Under the pieces are notes generated by a model. The model made no database searches. It saw only the letters and a program-made list of their open reading frames with translations, and was not told where the DNA came from. Shown here one piece after another: positions 56,104-64,000 of a stretch of DNA of 64,000 nucleotides. Position 1 is the first letter of the stretch. Each line of letters starts with the position of its first letter. The position numbers were made by a program, and so were the translations under genes. Origin of the DNA: an uncultured Chloroflexia bacterium (GTDB lineage: Bacteria; Chloroflexota; Anaerolineae; B4-G1; SLSP01); assembly GCA_963751345.1 (NCBI GenBank), contig CAVVUS010000037.1:32001-96000 (forward strand). Reading direction: 5' to 3'.

Positions 56104-56152
56104 ATTGTTCTCCTCTTGTTGATAGACAGATTGATAATCGATGCTCACTCCC

Positions 56153-56635
56153 TCACGGATTGACCGTGAGGGTTTGCACCTGGAATACCCAGCGATTCGC
56201 TGGCGTCTCCGGGCAGACCAACCGGATGGGACCTTTGTCCGGCTCCGCCTTGGTGATCCACGTTCCATCTTTCTGCAATGCGACGATTGCATTCTGGAGC
56301 TCGTCTCGCGTGATCTCGATGGCATAGCCGTCTGCCGCGGTCGCCGTGATCGTAGCGAACTCTCCGACACCTGATTGACTCAGGATTGCGTCAAGCGAGA
56401 CTCCGCTCCACGAAGCCGTCTCGTCCTCGCCCAATGACTTCTGCATCAGGATATCCGTCAGATCGATTTGGGGCATACCTGCCAGATCGGCATAGCTCAA
56501 CGCAAGCGGCGTGCTCACATCACCCTCGATCGAGAGCGTCCACTCCACCTTGGGGGCACTATTGCAGGCCGCCGCCAGCAGGACGACACCGGTCAGGAGA
56601 CATAGAGCCAACAACCTCATCGTTTTCATTTCCAT
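56153..56635 (-). CDS. Lipoprotein with Oxidored_molyb-like fold
   Basis: AAAC lipobox; WTLSIEGDV..PL.LSY.DL..MP...WSGVSL..IL...AADGY...GPIRLV.P....RWV. Confidence 0.8.
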   Translation of the reverse strand: MEMKTMRLLALCLLTGVVLLAAACNSAPKVEWTLSIEGDVSTPLALSYADLAGMPQIDLTDILMQKSLGEDETASWSGVSLDAILSQSGVGEFATITATAADGYAIEITRDELQNAIVALQKDGTWITKAEPDKGPIRLVCPETPANRWVFQVQTLTVNP

Positions 56636-56704
56636 TCCTCCTCATACACACTTCATGCTCCTCACTCACTGTCTCGCTGCGTTACCTTTGATCTCACCTC
56701 CTCG

Positions 56705-57844
56705 TCACGGCTCTCTGACAAAGACCGGGATCAGCATATCCCGGGCAATGAGGTGCCCGTGATTGCCCTGTCGACCCTCCTCGTCCACGGTGTGCATCCC
56801 GTGGTCCGCCACCATCAGTACCAACGTGCCGTCGGGCAGAGCCTCGAGAAGCTGTCCAACAGCAGCGTCCACCCCCCTGATCGCAGCGACCTCCTCCGGC
56901 GCGCCGGGCCCGTACGTGTGCCCCGCGTCATCGATACCGTGGAAATGGACCCACAGCAGATCGGGCATACCCGCTTCGATGGCGGAGAGCGCATTGGCCA
57001 ACACGTTGTCATCGGTGCTCCCGTTTCCATCGCGATCGCCCGACAGTACGATTTCTGCGTCACGCAGGTTGAACGCCAACGCGTCCCCCTCAATGGCGAC
57101 GACCTGACGCTCTGCCGCGGACAAGACCCTAAACACAGTCTCCACCTCGGTGCTGCGGATGCCCCTGTCCGTTACGCCATTGACGACCGGCGGAGCGCCG
57201 CTCAGAAGCGCCGCCGAGGCAACCGCTGTGCAAGGCGGATAGACGGTCAACCCTATGAGTGGATCGCCCAGCGAAGCGAGAACCGGGATCAAGCCCGCGT
57301 CACGCGCCTCCGTGTATCGGACGTAGCCAAAGCCATCGAGGATCATTAGCAGAACGCGATCCGCCGGGCCGACCGCCAGGGACTTGCCGGTGGCCTCCGC
57401 CGGCGCGGGCAGGCCAAGCGCGTCCGCCGCCGTCGGGGCCAGGTCCGTAATGCTCACACTCGGCGCTGAAGGGAGCGTCAGTGGCTCGACGGACAGAGCT
57501 GCAGGTACGATAGTATTCCCACCTAGCGTGATCTTGCCGTCCAGAGACCACCAAGCGTCTTCCGCCGTTGGATCCCAACTATACGTCGTGACACTCCCTG
57601 CGGTGTCCGTAACGGTCACCGAGCTCACCAGATGATAGGCTGCCGCGTACAGCACGGTATCTACCGGCACGCCGTCCGACTCTCCGTGGGCCAGCAGGCC
57701 CTTCACCACATCGCGGTTCACCACGCCTGTCGATCCATCGGGGCCAACCACGATTGTCTCCCAGGCGTGTGCACAGCCAGACAGACCCAGCAAGCCGATC
57801 AGAAACACAATACATGCCGAAAGCACCGCCACAGATCGCTTCAT
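56705..57844 (-). CDS. Alkaline phosphatase superfamily (NPP/phosphodiesterase-like) lipoprotein
   Basis: LSGC lipobox; LDGFG, YPPCT (Thr nucleophile), DDAGH..GP, ADHG.H and NHG metal ligands. Confidence 0.82.
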   Translation of the reverse strand: MKRSVAVLSACIVFLIGLLGLSGCAHAWETIVVGPDGSTGVVNRDVVKGLLAHGESDGVPVDTVLYAAAYHLVSSVTVTDTAGSVTTYSWDPTAEDAWWSLDGKITLGGNTIVPAALSVEPLTLPSAPSVSITDLAPTAADALGLPAPAEATGKSLAVGPADRVLLMILDGFGYVRYTEARDAGLIPVLASLGDPLIGLTVYPPCTAVASAALLSGAPPVVNGVTDRGIRSTEVETVFRVLSAAERQVVAIEGDALAFNLRDAEIVLSGDRDGNGSTDDNVLANALSAIEAGMPDLLWVHFHGIDDAGHTYGPGAPEEVAAIRGVDAAVGQLLEALPDGTLVLMVADHGMHTVDEEGRQGNHGHLIARDMLIPVFVREP

Positions 57845-57847
57845 GCG

Positions 57848-58762
57848 CTATTGGCTCTCCAGGGCCACTACATCTGCGACCCACTGCCCGCGGCCGCGAT
57901 CAGGAAACACCAACGTCGCCTGCCCACGTACCTGCGCCAAGAGCGCGCCACGCGCCTCGTCGACGGTCACCGTCTGCGCGGTGCCATCGGCACTGCGGAC
58001 CGTAAGGGTCGTGAATGACGGATCGGCAAGGATTGCCGATACCAGAATGCCGTTGATACGGGAGCCGGCCTGCGCCGTGCGCACCTGTCCGTCGTCCTCG
58101 CTCTTAAACATGACGTCGGCCTGCTCCACTGTCACCGATTGCACGGGCCCCAGCAGGAGACGGCCCATCGACGTCGCCCGCCCATCCACCTCTAGCGGAG
58201 TCTCTTGCCCCACGACAACGACACGCCTGATACCTTTCAGCCACGCGGAAACGTGCAGATCAGGAGATGCGAATCGAATGCCATCTTCGTAGGGCAGCAG
58301 CAAGGCGGCGTCCGTCAGATTCTGGCGCTCGATGGTGACAAAGCCGCCGTCATCGGATGCCAGGGTGACGCTATCGAAGTCCGCTACACCTTGCGCGGAG
58401 AGGAACGCCGTAAGTGCCACGTGGGTGTTTGGCTGATCCCGGTAGGGCAGCACGTCATCGACCAGAACGTACCCCGGCTCGGGTACATCTCCTTCGAAAG
58501 CCACCACAGCATAGAAGGGGACGTCGCTCAATTCCAACGCTCCGTGCTCATCATGGCACGTGGTGCAGCGATGAAACTCCGCGGTGTCGTGACACTCGGC
58601 ACATGCACTCATGGTCGCCGCCTCTTCGGCGAGCACCTTGACCGGATAGTCTGTAAGCACACGGACGGGCACAGCGTGCATCGAGCCGACGACCACCCCG
58701 ATCGTGCCGCCCAGCAGCACCAACAGAACAAACCCGGGCACCAACCAACGGGATCTTCTCAT
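57848..58762 (-). CDS. Membrane-anchored di-heme c-type cytochrome with two molybdopterin-binding-like repeats
   Basis: N-terminal signal/TM; CAECH and CTTCH; ASDDG..WLKGI and SADG..WVADV repeats. Confidence 0.7.
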   Translation of the reverse strand: MRRSRWLVPGFVLLVLLGGTIGVVVGSMHAVPVRVLTDYPVKVLAEEAATMSACAECHDTAEFHRCTTCHDEHGALELSDVPFYAVVAFEGDVPEPGYVLVDDVLPYRDQPNTHVALTAFLSAQGVADFDSVTLASDDGGFVTIERQNLTDAALLLPYEDGIRFASPDLHVSAWLKGIRRVVVVGQETPLEVDGRATSMGRLLLGPVQSVTVEQADVMFKSEDDGQVRTAQAGSRINGILVSAILADPSFTTLTVRSADGTAQTVTVDEARGALLAQVRGQATLVFPDRGRGQWVADVVALESQ

Positions 58763-58801
58763 TCGCTCCTCCGAGACTGTGCACCTTAGATGCCGGCGAC
58801 C

Positions 58802-59587
58802 TCAGAAGGTGCCGGGTACTTTCAGGCGGAGCCCCAGGACCAGCGTCGCCAGGGCGAGCAATAGCGCGCCCGTCGCCAGGATATCCGTCCGGGTGAAGGG
58901 CACCTCGCGCAGAAAGGTCCGCCGCTGGTATTGCCCGAAGCCACGCCCCTCCATAGAGACCGCCAGGGCATCGACCTTACTCAGCGCCGAAACTAACAGA
59001 GGCAAGATGAACTGGCGTGCCAGGATCAGCCACCGCCGCGGACCGGTCCGGTCGTAGGCCATACCGCGCGCGATTTGTGCGCGATAGACCGTCTCCCCTT
59101 CCTGCTCGAAAACAGGCACGAGCCGCAGGGCCGTGACCAATGCAAAGCCAAAACGGTAAGGCAAGCCGACCTGCATCAGGGCGTAAGCCAGCGCATTTGG
59201 ATCCGTCGTCAGCACAAACAAGTAACTGAGCAACACGATGCCAAGAAATCGAGCCCCGACGTACACGCCCGTGGAGATCCCCTCTGTCGTCAGACGCAGC
59301 CAGCCGAGTTGCACCCAGACCGTGCCCTCCGTCCGGAAGAGCATCTGCACGATCGCCAGTGCCGTCGACGTAATGACAGCAAGGCGCACACCCCGCACCC
59401 GTCCGGGCACAAGCCACAGCCATAGGCCGCATAGGCCACAGAGCACGCTCAGTGCCGCCCACGGAGATCGCACCGCAAAGGCGAAGACCGTGACCGTCAC
59501 GAGCCAACCGAGCTTGACCAGGGGATGCAATCGGTGGACCAAGGTCTCGCCCGGCCTGTAGGCAATCTGTTCCCGCCGAGGGCTCAT
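58802..59587 (-). CDS. ecfT: ECF transporter transmembrane T component
   Basis: HRLHPLVKL, TTDP..L, ALRLVP, AQIARG and MEGRGF (two conserved Arg motifs). Confidence 0.92.
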   Translation of the reverse strand: MSPRREQIAYRPGETLVHRLHPLVKLGWLVTVTVFAFAVRSPWAALSVLCGLCGLWLWLVPGRVRGVRLAVITSTALAIVQMLFRTEGTVWVQLGWLRLTTEGISTGVYVGARFLGIVLLSYLFVLTTDPNALAYALMQVGLPYRFGFALVTALRLVPVFEQEGETVYRAQIARGMAYDRTGPRRWLILARQFILPLLVSALSKVDALAVSMEGRGFGQYQRRTFLREVPFTRTDILATGALLLALATLVLGLRLKVPGTF

Positions 59588-61107
59588 GCAGCGATCCCCC
59601 CTGCCAGAGGCACGTAGGCCGTACGCCCCAGCTTGGCCAATGTCGCAAAGCCCTCCTGCGGCACGTCGTCCACGGTTAGCCGCCCATGGTCGAGAAAGAG
59701 CACGCGATCGGCGTAACGAGCAGCCACCTCGGGTGCGTGACTAACCATTACGACCGCGGCACCGCGGTCCGCCTCCTCCCGGAGTAGATCGAGGACAAAG
59801 GCCGCACTGGCGGGATCCTGACCGATCAGCACCTCATCAAGCAATAGCAGGCACGGCGCATAGCCGAGAACCGAGATGAGGTTAAGCCGTCGCTTCTGCC
59901 CATAGCTCAGGCGATAGGGCGGATCAGACTCGCGACCGCGGAGTCCGGCTCTTTCCAGCAAGTCACCCACACGCGCGCGGCGTCCGTCATCGAGCAAGTC
60001 GAAGTTCCGCAAGGCGAGCATCGCCTCATCCCAGACCGTATCGGCAAAGAGCTGGTGGTCGGGGTTCTGGAAGACATAGCCGACGTTGCGCGCGAGCTTG
60101 GAGACTGGTGTACGGCGCGTATCCAGGCCAAGTACCTCCACACGCCCCCTTCGCGGTATAAGGAACCCCATCAGGCTCTGAAGCAGTGTGCTCTTCCCCG
60201 AGCCGTTATCGCCCATCACGACGACGAACTCACCCGCCTCCATCGTGAAGGAGACATCTCGCAGGACGGGATCCTCCGTGTAGCCGGCGGACAGATTCTC
60301 GACCCGCACTACTATCTCACGTCCTGCCTGCGGGAATCGGCTGCCAGGCTCGCGACCCGACCACATAGAGACCGGAGGGGTATGATGCTCGATGACTTCT
60401 CCTGCCACAACGTGCAGCCAGCGGGGATCGAAGCGGCGCAGGTAGTCCACCTTGTGCTCGATCACAACGACCGTCAGCGCCCCCGGATCCCCATCTTCCG
60501 CGCACCCATTGGCGAGGATCTGCGTCGGCTCCCTGTCTTCAGCACGGATCCTCGCGATAACGTCGAAAATCTCGGCGGTGGCTGTCGGGTCCAGATTGGA
60601 TGTCGGCTCGTCAAAGATCAGCACCTTAGGCCGCGCCGCCAGCATCGACGCCACGGCAATGCGCTGCTTCTCGCCTCCGGACAATGTCGATAGCGAGCGG
60701 TCACGCAGATGCGCTGCTCCCACAACGTCCAGGGCCCACGCGAGCCGCGCCAGGATCCTCTCCCGCGGCACGCACCGGTTCTCCAGGCCAAACGCCACCT
60801 CGTCCTGCACCGTCAGCGTACAGAACTGCGCTTCAGGGTTCTGCTGGACCAGCCCGACGGTCTCCGCGACCTCATAGATCGGCGCTCGGCGCACATCCAA
60901 ACCTCCAACAGTCACAGCACCCTCAGCCTCTCCGGCATACTGGTTGAACAGAAAGCCTGACAGAGCCAACGCCAACGTCGACTTGCCCGAGCCTGACGGG
61001 CCGGTCACGACCACAAAGTCGCCCGGCGCGATCTCCAGATCCACGTGGCGGAGCGCATAGCGGTCACTGCCCGCGAAGCGATACGAGAAGTCACGCAGCG
61101 AGATCAT
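59584..61107 (-). CDS. ecfA: ECF transporter fused dual ATPase (A-A')
   Basis: GPSGSGKST, QNPEAQ, LSGGEKQR, DEPTSNLD; then GDNGSGKST, FQNPDHQLF, LSYGQKRR. Alternative GTG start at 61122. Confidence 0.92.
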   Translation of the reverse strand: MISLRDFSYRFAGSDRYALRHVDLEIAPGDFVVVTGPSGSGKSTLALALSGFLFNQYAGEAEGAVTVGGLDVRRAPIYEVAETVGLVQQNPEAQFCTLTVQDEVAFGLENRCVPRERILARLAWALDVVGAAHLRDRSLSTLSGGEKQRIAVASMLAARPKVLIFDEPTSNLDPTATAEIFDVIARIRAEDREPTQILANGCAEDGDPGALTVVVIEHKVDYLRRFDPRWLHVVAGEVIEHHTPPVSMWSGREPGSRFPQAGREIVVRVENLSAGYTEDPVLRDVSFTMEAGEFVVVMGDNGSGKSTLLQSLMGFLIPRRGRVEVLGLDTRRTPVSKLARNVGYVFQNPDHQLFADTVWDEAMLALRNFDLLDDGRRARVGDLLERAGLRGRESDPPYRLSYGQKRRLNLISVLGYAPCLLLLDEVLIGQDPASAAFVLDLLREEADRGAAVVMVSHAPEVAARYADRVLFLDHGRLTVDDVPQEGFATLAKLGRTAYVPLAGGIAA

Positions 61108-61131
61108 CCGACGACCGTACACCTCATCCTA

Positions 61132-62493
61132 CTACCTCACTTCCAGGGCCATGACCTTCGGCGCGATCACCGTCCCGTCCATCCGTGCGACGGCGAACGT
61201 GATTCCGAGCCCGTCGATGACGGTGAAGATACGGACATCATCACTGTCCCACAAGCCCTCCAGCGGCAACGTGACAGGTGCCTCCGGCGTTTGGATGATC
61301 AAGTCGTGAGCGTCCACCTCAGGTTCCATCGAGGCAATCACCGCCCCTAATGGTACGCCCTGCAGCTTCTGTGCCCCGTGCCCTACGTCGAGACTGACGC
61401 TGTCCATCTCGAACTGCCACGCGTCAGGGTCATAAGCCCCGGCCGCCGCGAGCTTTCCCGAAACGTCGAGCGTCACGCCACCGATCACCGTCAATGAACT
61501 GACGCCACGCACCCACGCCTTGCTGTTTTCCGGGCCCACGAGGTCGAAGGTCGCATCATCGCCGTTGCCCGACGGTACCAGGAGCAACGCCGGGTTGTCA
61601 CGCACCTCCTTCAGGCTCACAAAGAACGCATATCCATCGGCAGCGCGGACGAGCAGCAGGCCGGCGTCGCTTGCAGGCTGAGCACGGGCAAGCATCTCAC
61701 GAACGGGCACACCGGAGTATCGCGCCGGCGTCCCTCGCAGCGACGCCTCGGCCGTGATGCGCGGAATATCACCGTGCGCCGTGGGGTAGGCATAGGGCGC
61801 GGCTACCGCCCCATCCACCGTGACGACTGCCGGGCCGCGGAGCGCACCGCGCAGATAAAGGCCAAAGAGGATCGTCAGTATGGCAGCCCCGCCCACCCAT
61901 ACGGGAGCGACGCGGCGATCCCGTGACGGGGCAGGCAGGTCCTTCACTACACCCGCTCGGCGAAGCGCCCCCAATAGCACCCAGCCCAGTACCCCGGCAA
62001 AGACCACACCCGAGATGGCGGCCATGCCACCTACGAGGGCAAGTGCGCCGTAGGCCAGAAGATCGGCAGGCAGGGCAGCGAAGAGCTGAAAAACAAAGAC
62101 ATTTGACGCCGACGCGAGGCCACCGGCCAGCACATAGGCCGGCAGGCGGTCCTTTCTCCGAAAGAAGAGAAAGACGGCATCAACGAGCAAGCCCGCGACA
62201 ACGTCGACGAGCACAACCAACAGGCCGTGGGTGTTCCCTGTGAGGAACTCGACGCTACCCTTGAGGATTCCGGTCAGCGTCCCCGCCCCAACCCGTCCTG
62301 TCAGTCCTATCGCGAGCGTGAGCCACAGCACATGCAGCCCGGCAGCCCACTGCGTCGACCCGGCAAAGCCCAGGATCGACTGGGCGAGGTCGCCGATAGC
62401 ATTGATGTAGGTGCTCGTGACACCGCCAAGGGCCGCCAGCGCAGCCATCATCAGCCAATCACGCGTGGCGAGGCCAGGTCGCTCTGTGCGCAT
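61132..62493 (-). CDS. ECF S component (YkoE/ABC_cobalt-like) fused to two molybdopterin-binding-like domains
   Basis: About 6 TMs with GLH.LWL.....GRVGAG..TG..KG.VEFLTG..HG, ending LRRAGV. Then an extra TM and VDGAV...YSGVPV...AADGY...WVRGV plus a second LQGVPL repeat. Confidence 0.8.
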   Translation of the reverse strand: MRTERPGLATRDWLMMAALAALGGVTSTYINAIGDLAQSILGFAGSTQWAAGLHVLWLTLAIGLTGRVGAGTLTGILKGSVEFLTGNTHGLLVVLVDVVAGLLVDAVFLFFRRKDRLPAYVLAGGLASASNVFVFQLFAALPADLLAYGALALVGGMAAISGVVFAGVLGWVLLGALRRAGVVKDLPAPSRDRRVAPVWVGGAAILTILFGLYLRGALRGPAVVTVDGAVAAPYAYPTAHGDIPRITAEASLRGTPARYSGVPVREMLARAQPASDAGLLLVRAADGYAFFVSLKEVRDNPALLLVPSGNGDDATFDLVGPENSKAWVRGVSSLTVIGGVTLDVSGKLAAAGAYDPDAWQFEMDSVSLDVGHGAQKLQGVPLGAVIASMEPEVDAHDLIIQTPEAPVTLPLEGLWDSDDVRIFTVIDGLGITFAVARMDGTVIAPKVMALEVR

Positions 62494-62517
62494 TTTGGTT
62501 TGCTCCCTACTCAGGAC

Positions 62518-62551
62518 AAAGAAAAACGGCATGCCCAGGAAAGGCATGCCG
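62518..62551 (-). terminator. Intrinsic terminator in the riboswitch expression platform
   Basis: Minus strand cggcatgcc-tttcctg-ggcatgccg-tttttcttt, 24 nt before the S-component ATG. Confidence 0.85.
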
Positions 62552-62605
62552 CAGTCCACGACGGAACGCGCCACTCACATAAGTGGCGCGCCCTGTAGAG
62601 GGAGG

Positions 62606-62710
62606 GCATCTCCTTTCCAAACACGGGAGGCATGGCCGTTTCCCGCCATACCCAATGGTCTCAGGCCTTGGGAGGTAAAGTATCCTTTAGGCTGTGAGAC
62701 TCGGAGACAA
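62606..62710 (-). ncRNA. Moco RNA motif riboswitch, P3-lacking (tungsten-cofactor-type) variant
   Basis: Minus strand ucuccgag...ccuaa...gggUAUGGCgggaaacGGCCAUGCCUcccguguuUGGAAAGGAGA. P1 ucucc/ggaga, P2 gucuca/ugagac, P4 with GAAA loop and the 3' CCUCCCG...UGGAAAGGAG signature. Recognised by eye, not by covariance search. Confidence 0.85.
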
Positions 62711-63140
62711 GCTATGGATGTGCAACGTGTAAGGTACTGTGATCCAAAGGCAATCCTACCACGCCGGACCACAAACACAAATGGCACCTGATCCTGGCGC
62801 ATGGTGTTTGGGCGCTCTCTCGTCTATCGCCAGGGCGTACGCATGTCGAGCCGCAGCAGGCCGCCGGGCAGTGCACAACTCCTCAGCGACGACCCCTTCC
62901 CTAGGTGAGACGCGGCGACGCCCGTCTTCTGCTGCGCCGGGAACGCCGTTCGAGACAAACGTCGCGTCCCCAAGGCACTCCACCACGCGGTAGACGCCCC
63001 GACGACGCACTCCAATGCGCGGCTTCCCCAGTAGCATGCCACGTGAAATGCCTGCGTCCTGGCCTTTCCCTCTCCGAGGGACGCTGCTATGATAGCGGCA
63101 TCACGACGAGCGGCTACCATTACGCCCAAGGGAGGGTGCT

Positions 63141-64000
63141 ATGGACTTCGAAAAGCTTGGGGCCTTCTACCTCGGCAAGGCCTACGACCTCGCAAATCAG
63201 CAGTTGCTGGAGCAATTGACGATGTACGACGCCCGCGACCTGACCACGCACGCGGTCTGCGTCGGCATGACCGGGAGCGGAAAGACGGGGCTCTGTATCG
63301 ACCTCCTGGAGGAGGCGGCGATCGACCGCGTGCCCGCTCTGATTATTGACCCCAAGGGCGACATCACGAACCTGCTGCTTACCTTCCCGGACCTTCTCCC
63401 CTCGGACTTCCGCCCGTGGATCAACGTTGACGACGCGCGACGCCAGGGCCTCACCGAGGACGCGTACGCCGAGCAGCAGGCGAAGCTTTGGCGAAACGGC
63501 CTGGCCGAGTGGGGCGAGGATGGCGACCGTATCCGGATGCTGCGCGAGACCGCGGACTTCGCGATCTACACGCCGGGCAGCGACGCAGGGTTGCCGGTCT
63601 CGATCCTCCAGTCGTTTGCCGCACCCAAGCTCAGTTGGGACACCGAGGCGGAGCTGCTCCGCGAGCGCGTCCAGGGCACCGTCAGCGCGCTGCTGGGGCT
63701 CGTCGGCATCGACGCCGACCCGGTCCGGTCGCGCGAGCACATCCTGCTGGCTAATCTCTTCGAGCACTTCTGGCGCAAAGGCGAGGATCTGGACCTGCCC
63801 AAGCTTATCCTCTCGATCCAGACGCCGCCCATTCGAACCCTGGGCGTCTTCGACGTCGACACCTTCTTCCCGGAAAAGGACCGCTTCGGCCTCGCGATGG
63901 CGCTCAACAACATCATCGCTGCGCCTGCCTTCCAGAGCTGGCTCAACGGGCAACCGCTGGATATTGCCGGCTTCCTCTGGACACCGGAGGGCAAGCCGCG
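63141..64000 (+). CDS. HerA/FtsK-superfamily ATPase (DUF853/DUF87-like), 3'-truncated by window edge
   Basis: MDFEKLGAFYLG...DLTTHAVCVGMTGSGKTG...IIDPKGD...IYTPGS. GGAGG RBS; open to the end of the window. Confidence 0.85.
   Translation, partial: MDFEKLGAFYLGKAYDLANQQLLEQLTMYDARDLTTHAVCVGMTGSGKTGLCIDLLEEAAIDRVPALIIDPKGDITNLLLTFPDLLPSDFRPWINVDDARRQGLTEDAYAEQQAKLWRNGLAEWGEDGDRIRMLRETADFAIYTPGSDAGLPVSILQSFAAPKLSWDTEAELLRERVQGTVSALLGLVGIDADPVRSREHILLANLFEHFWRKGEDLDLPKLILSIQTPPIRTLGVFDVDTFFPEKDRFGLAMALNNIIAAPAFQSWLNGQPLDIAGFLWTPEGKP

Noticed and set aside
55648-62493. Ordinary cobalt/thiamine ECF or molybdate ABC transporter
   Set aside because: The leader has no B12-box or TPP signature, there is no ModA/TupA-type binding protein, and the accessory genes carry molybdopterin-type folds.
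62494-62802. N-terminal extension of the S component to 62574 and ORF 62575-62802 as a leader peptide
   Set aside because: Both overlap the terminator and riboswitch, and ATG 62493 has its own GGGAG RBS.
63120-63953. 277-aa minus-strand ORF
   Set aside because: Antisense shadow of the plus-strand HerA-like ATPase, which the ORF track omitted because it has no stop in the window.
1-64000. CRISPR arrays, tRNA/rRNA, IS elements, prophage, programmed frameshifting
   Set aside because: No spaced direct repeats, cloverleafs, transposase, integrase or phage genes were seen. The frameshifts fall in unrelated enzyme families with no shared slippery motif that I could see.

Overview
GC-rich bacterial chromosomal window with about 50 genes. 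Gene style (EAD7-like domain, SARP/NB-ARC/TPR regulator, many glycoside hydrolases, GAAC-N4-GTTC-like LexA box) suggests Chloroflexota/Anaerolineae; this is an inference. About 18 genes are broken by apparent small indels or isolated stops, most likely long-read assembly errors. No rRNA, tRNA, CRISPR array or transposase was seen. Content: sugar-catabolism genes (two GH2, GH5, a lactonase/AKR/dehydratase/aldolase cluster, nagA-SIS), nadE, a ParE/ParC-like type IIA topoisomerase pair behind a perfect sigma70 promoter containing an SOS-box-like palindrome, and a HerA-like ATPase at the right edge. The strongest candidate for an undescribed system is 55.6-62.7 kb on the minus strand. A Moco-class riboswitch lacking P3 (tungsten-cofactor type) plus a terminator precedes seven genes: an ECF S component fused to two sulfite-oxidase-like molybdopterin-binding folds, a dual ATPase, a T component, a di-heme cytochrome with the same fold, an alkaline-phosphatase/NPP-like lipoprotein and two Cys-less molybdopterin-fold lipoproteins. 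This is a candidate molybdopterin/tungsten-cofactor scavenging and import system.
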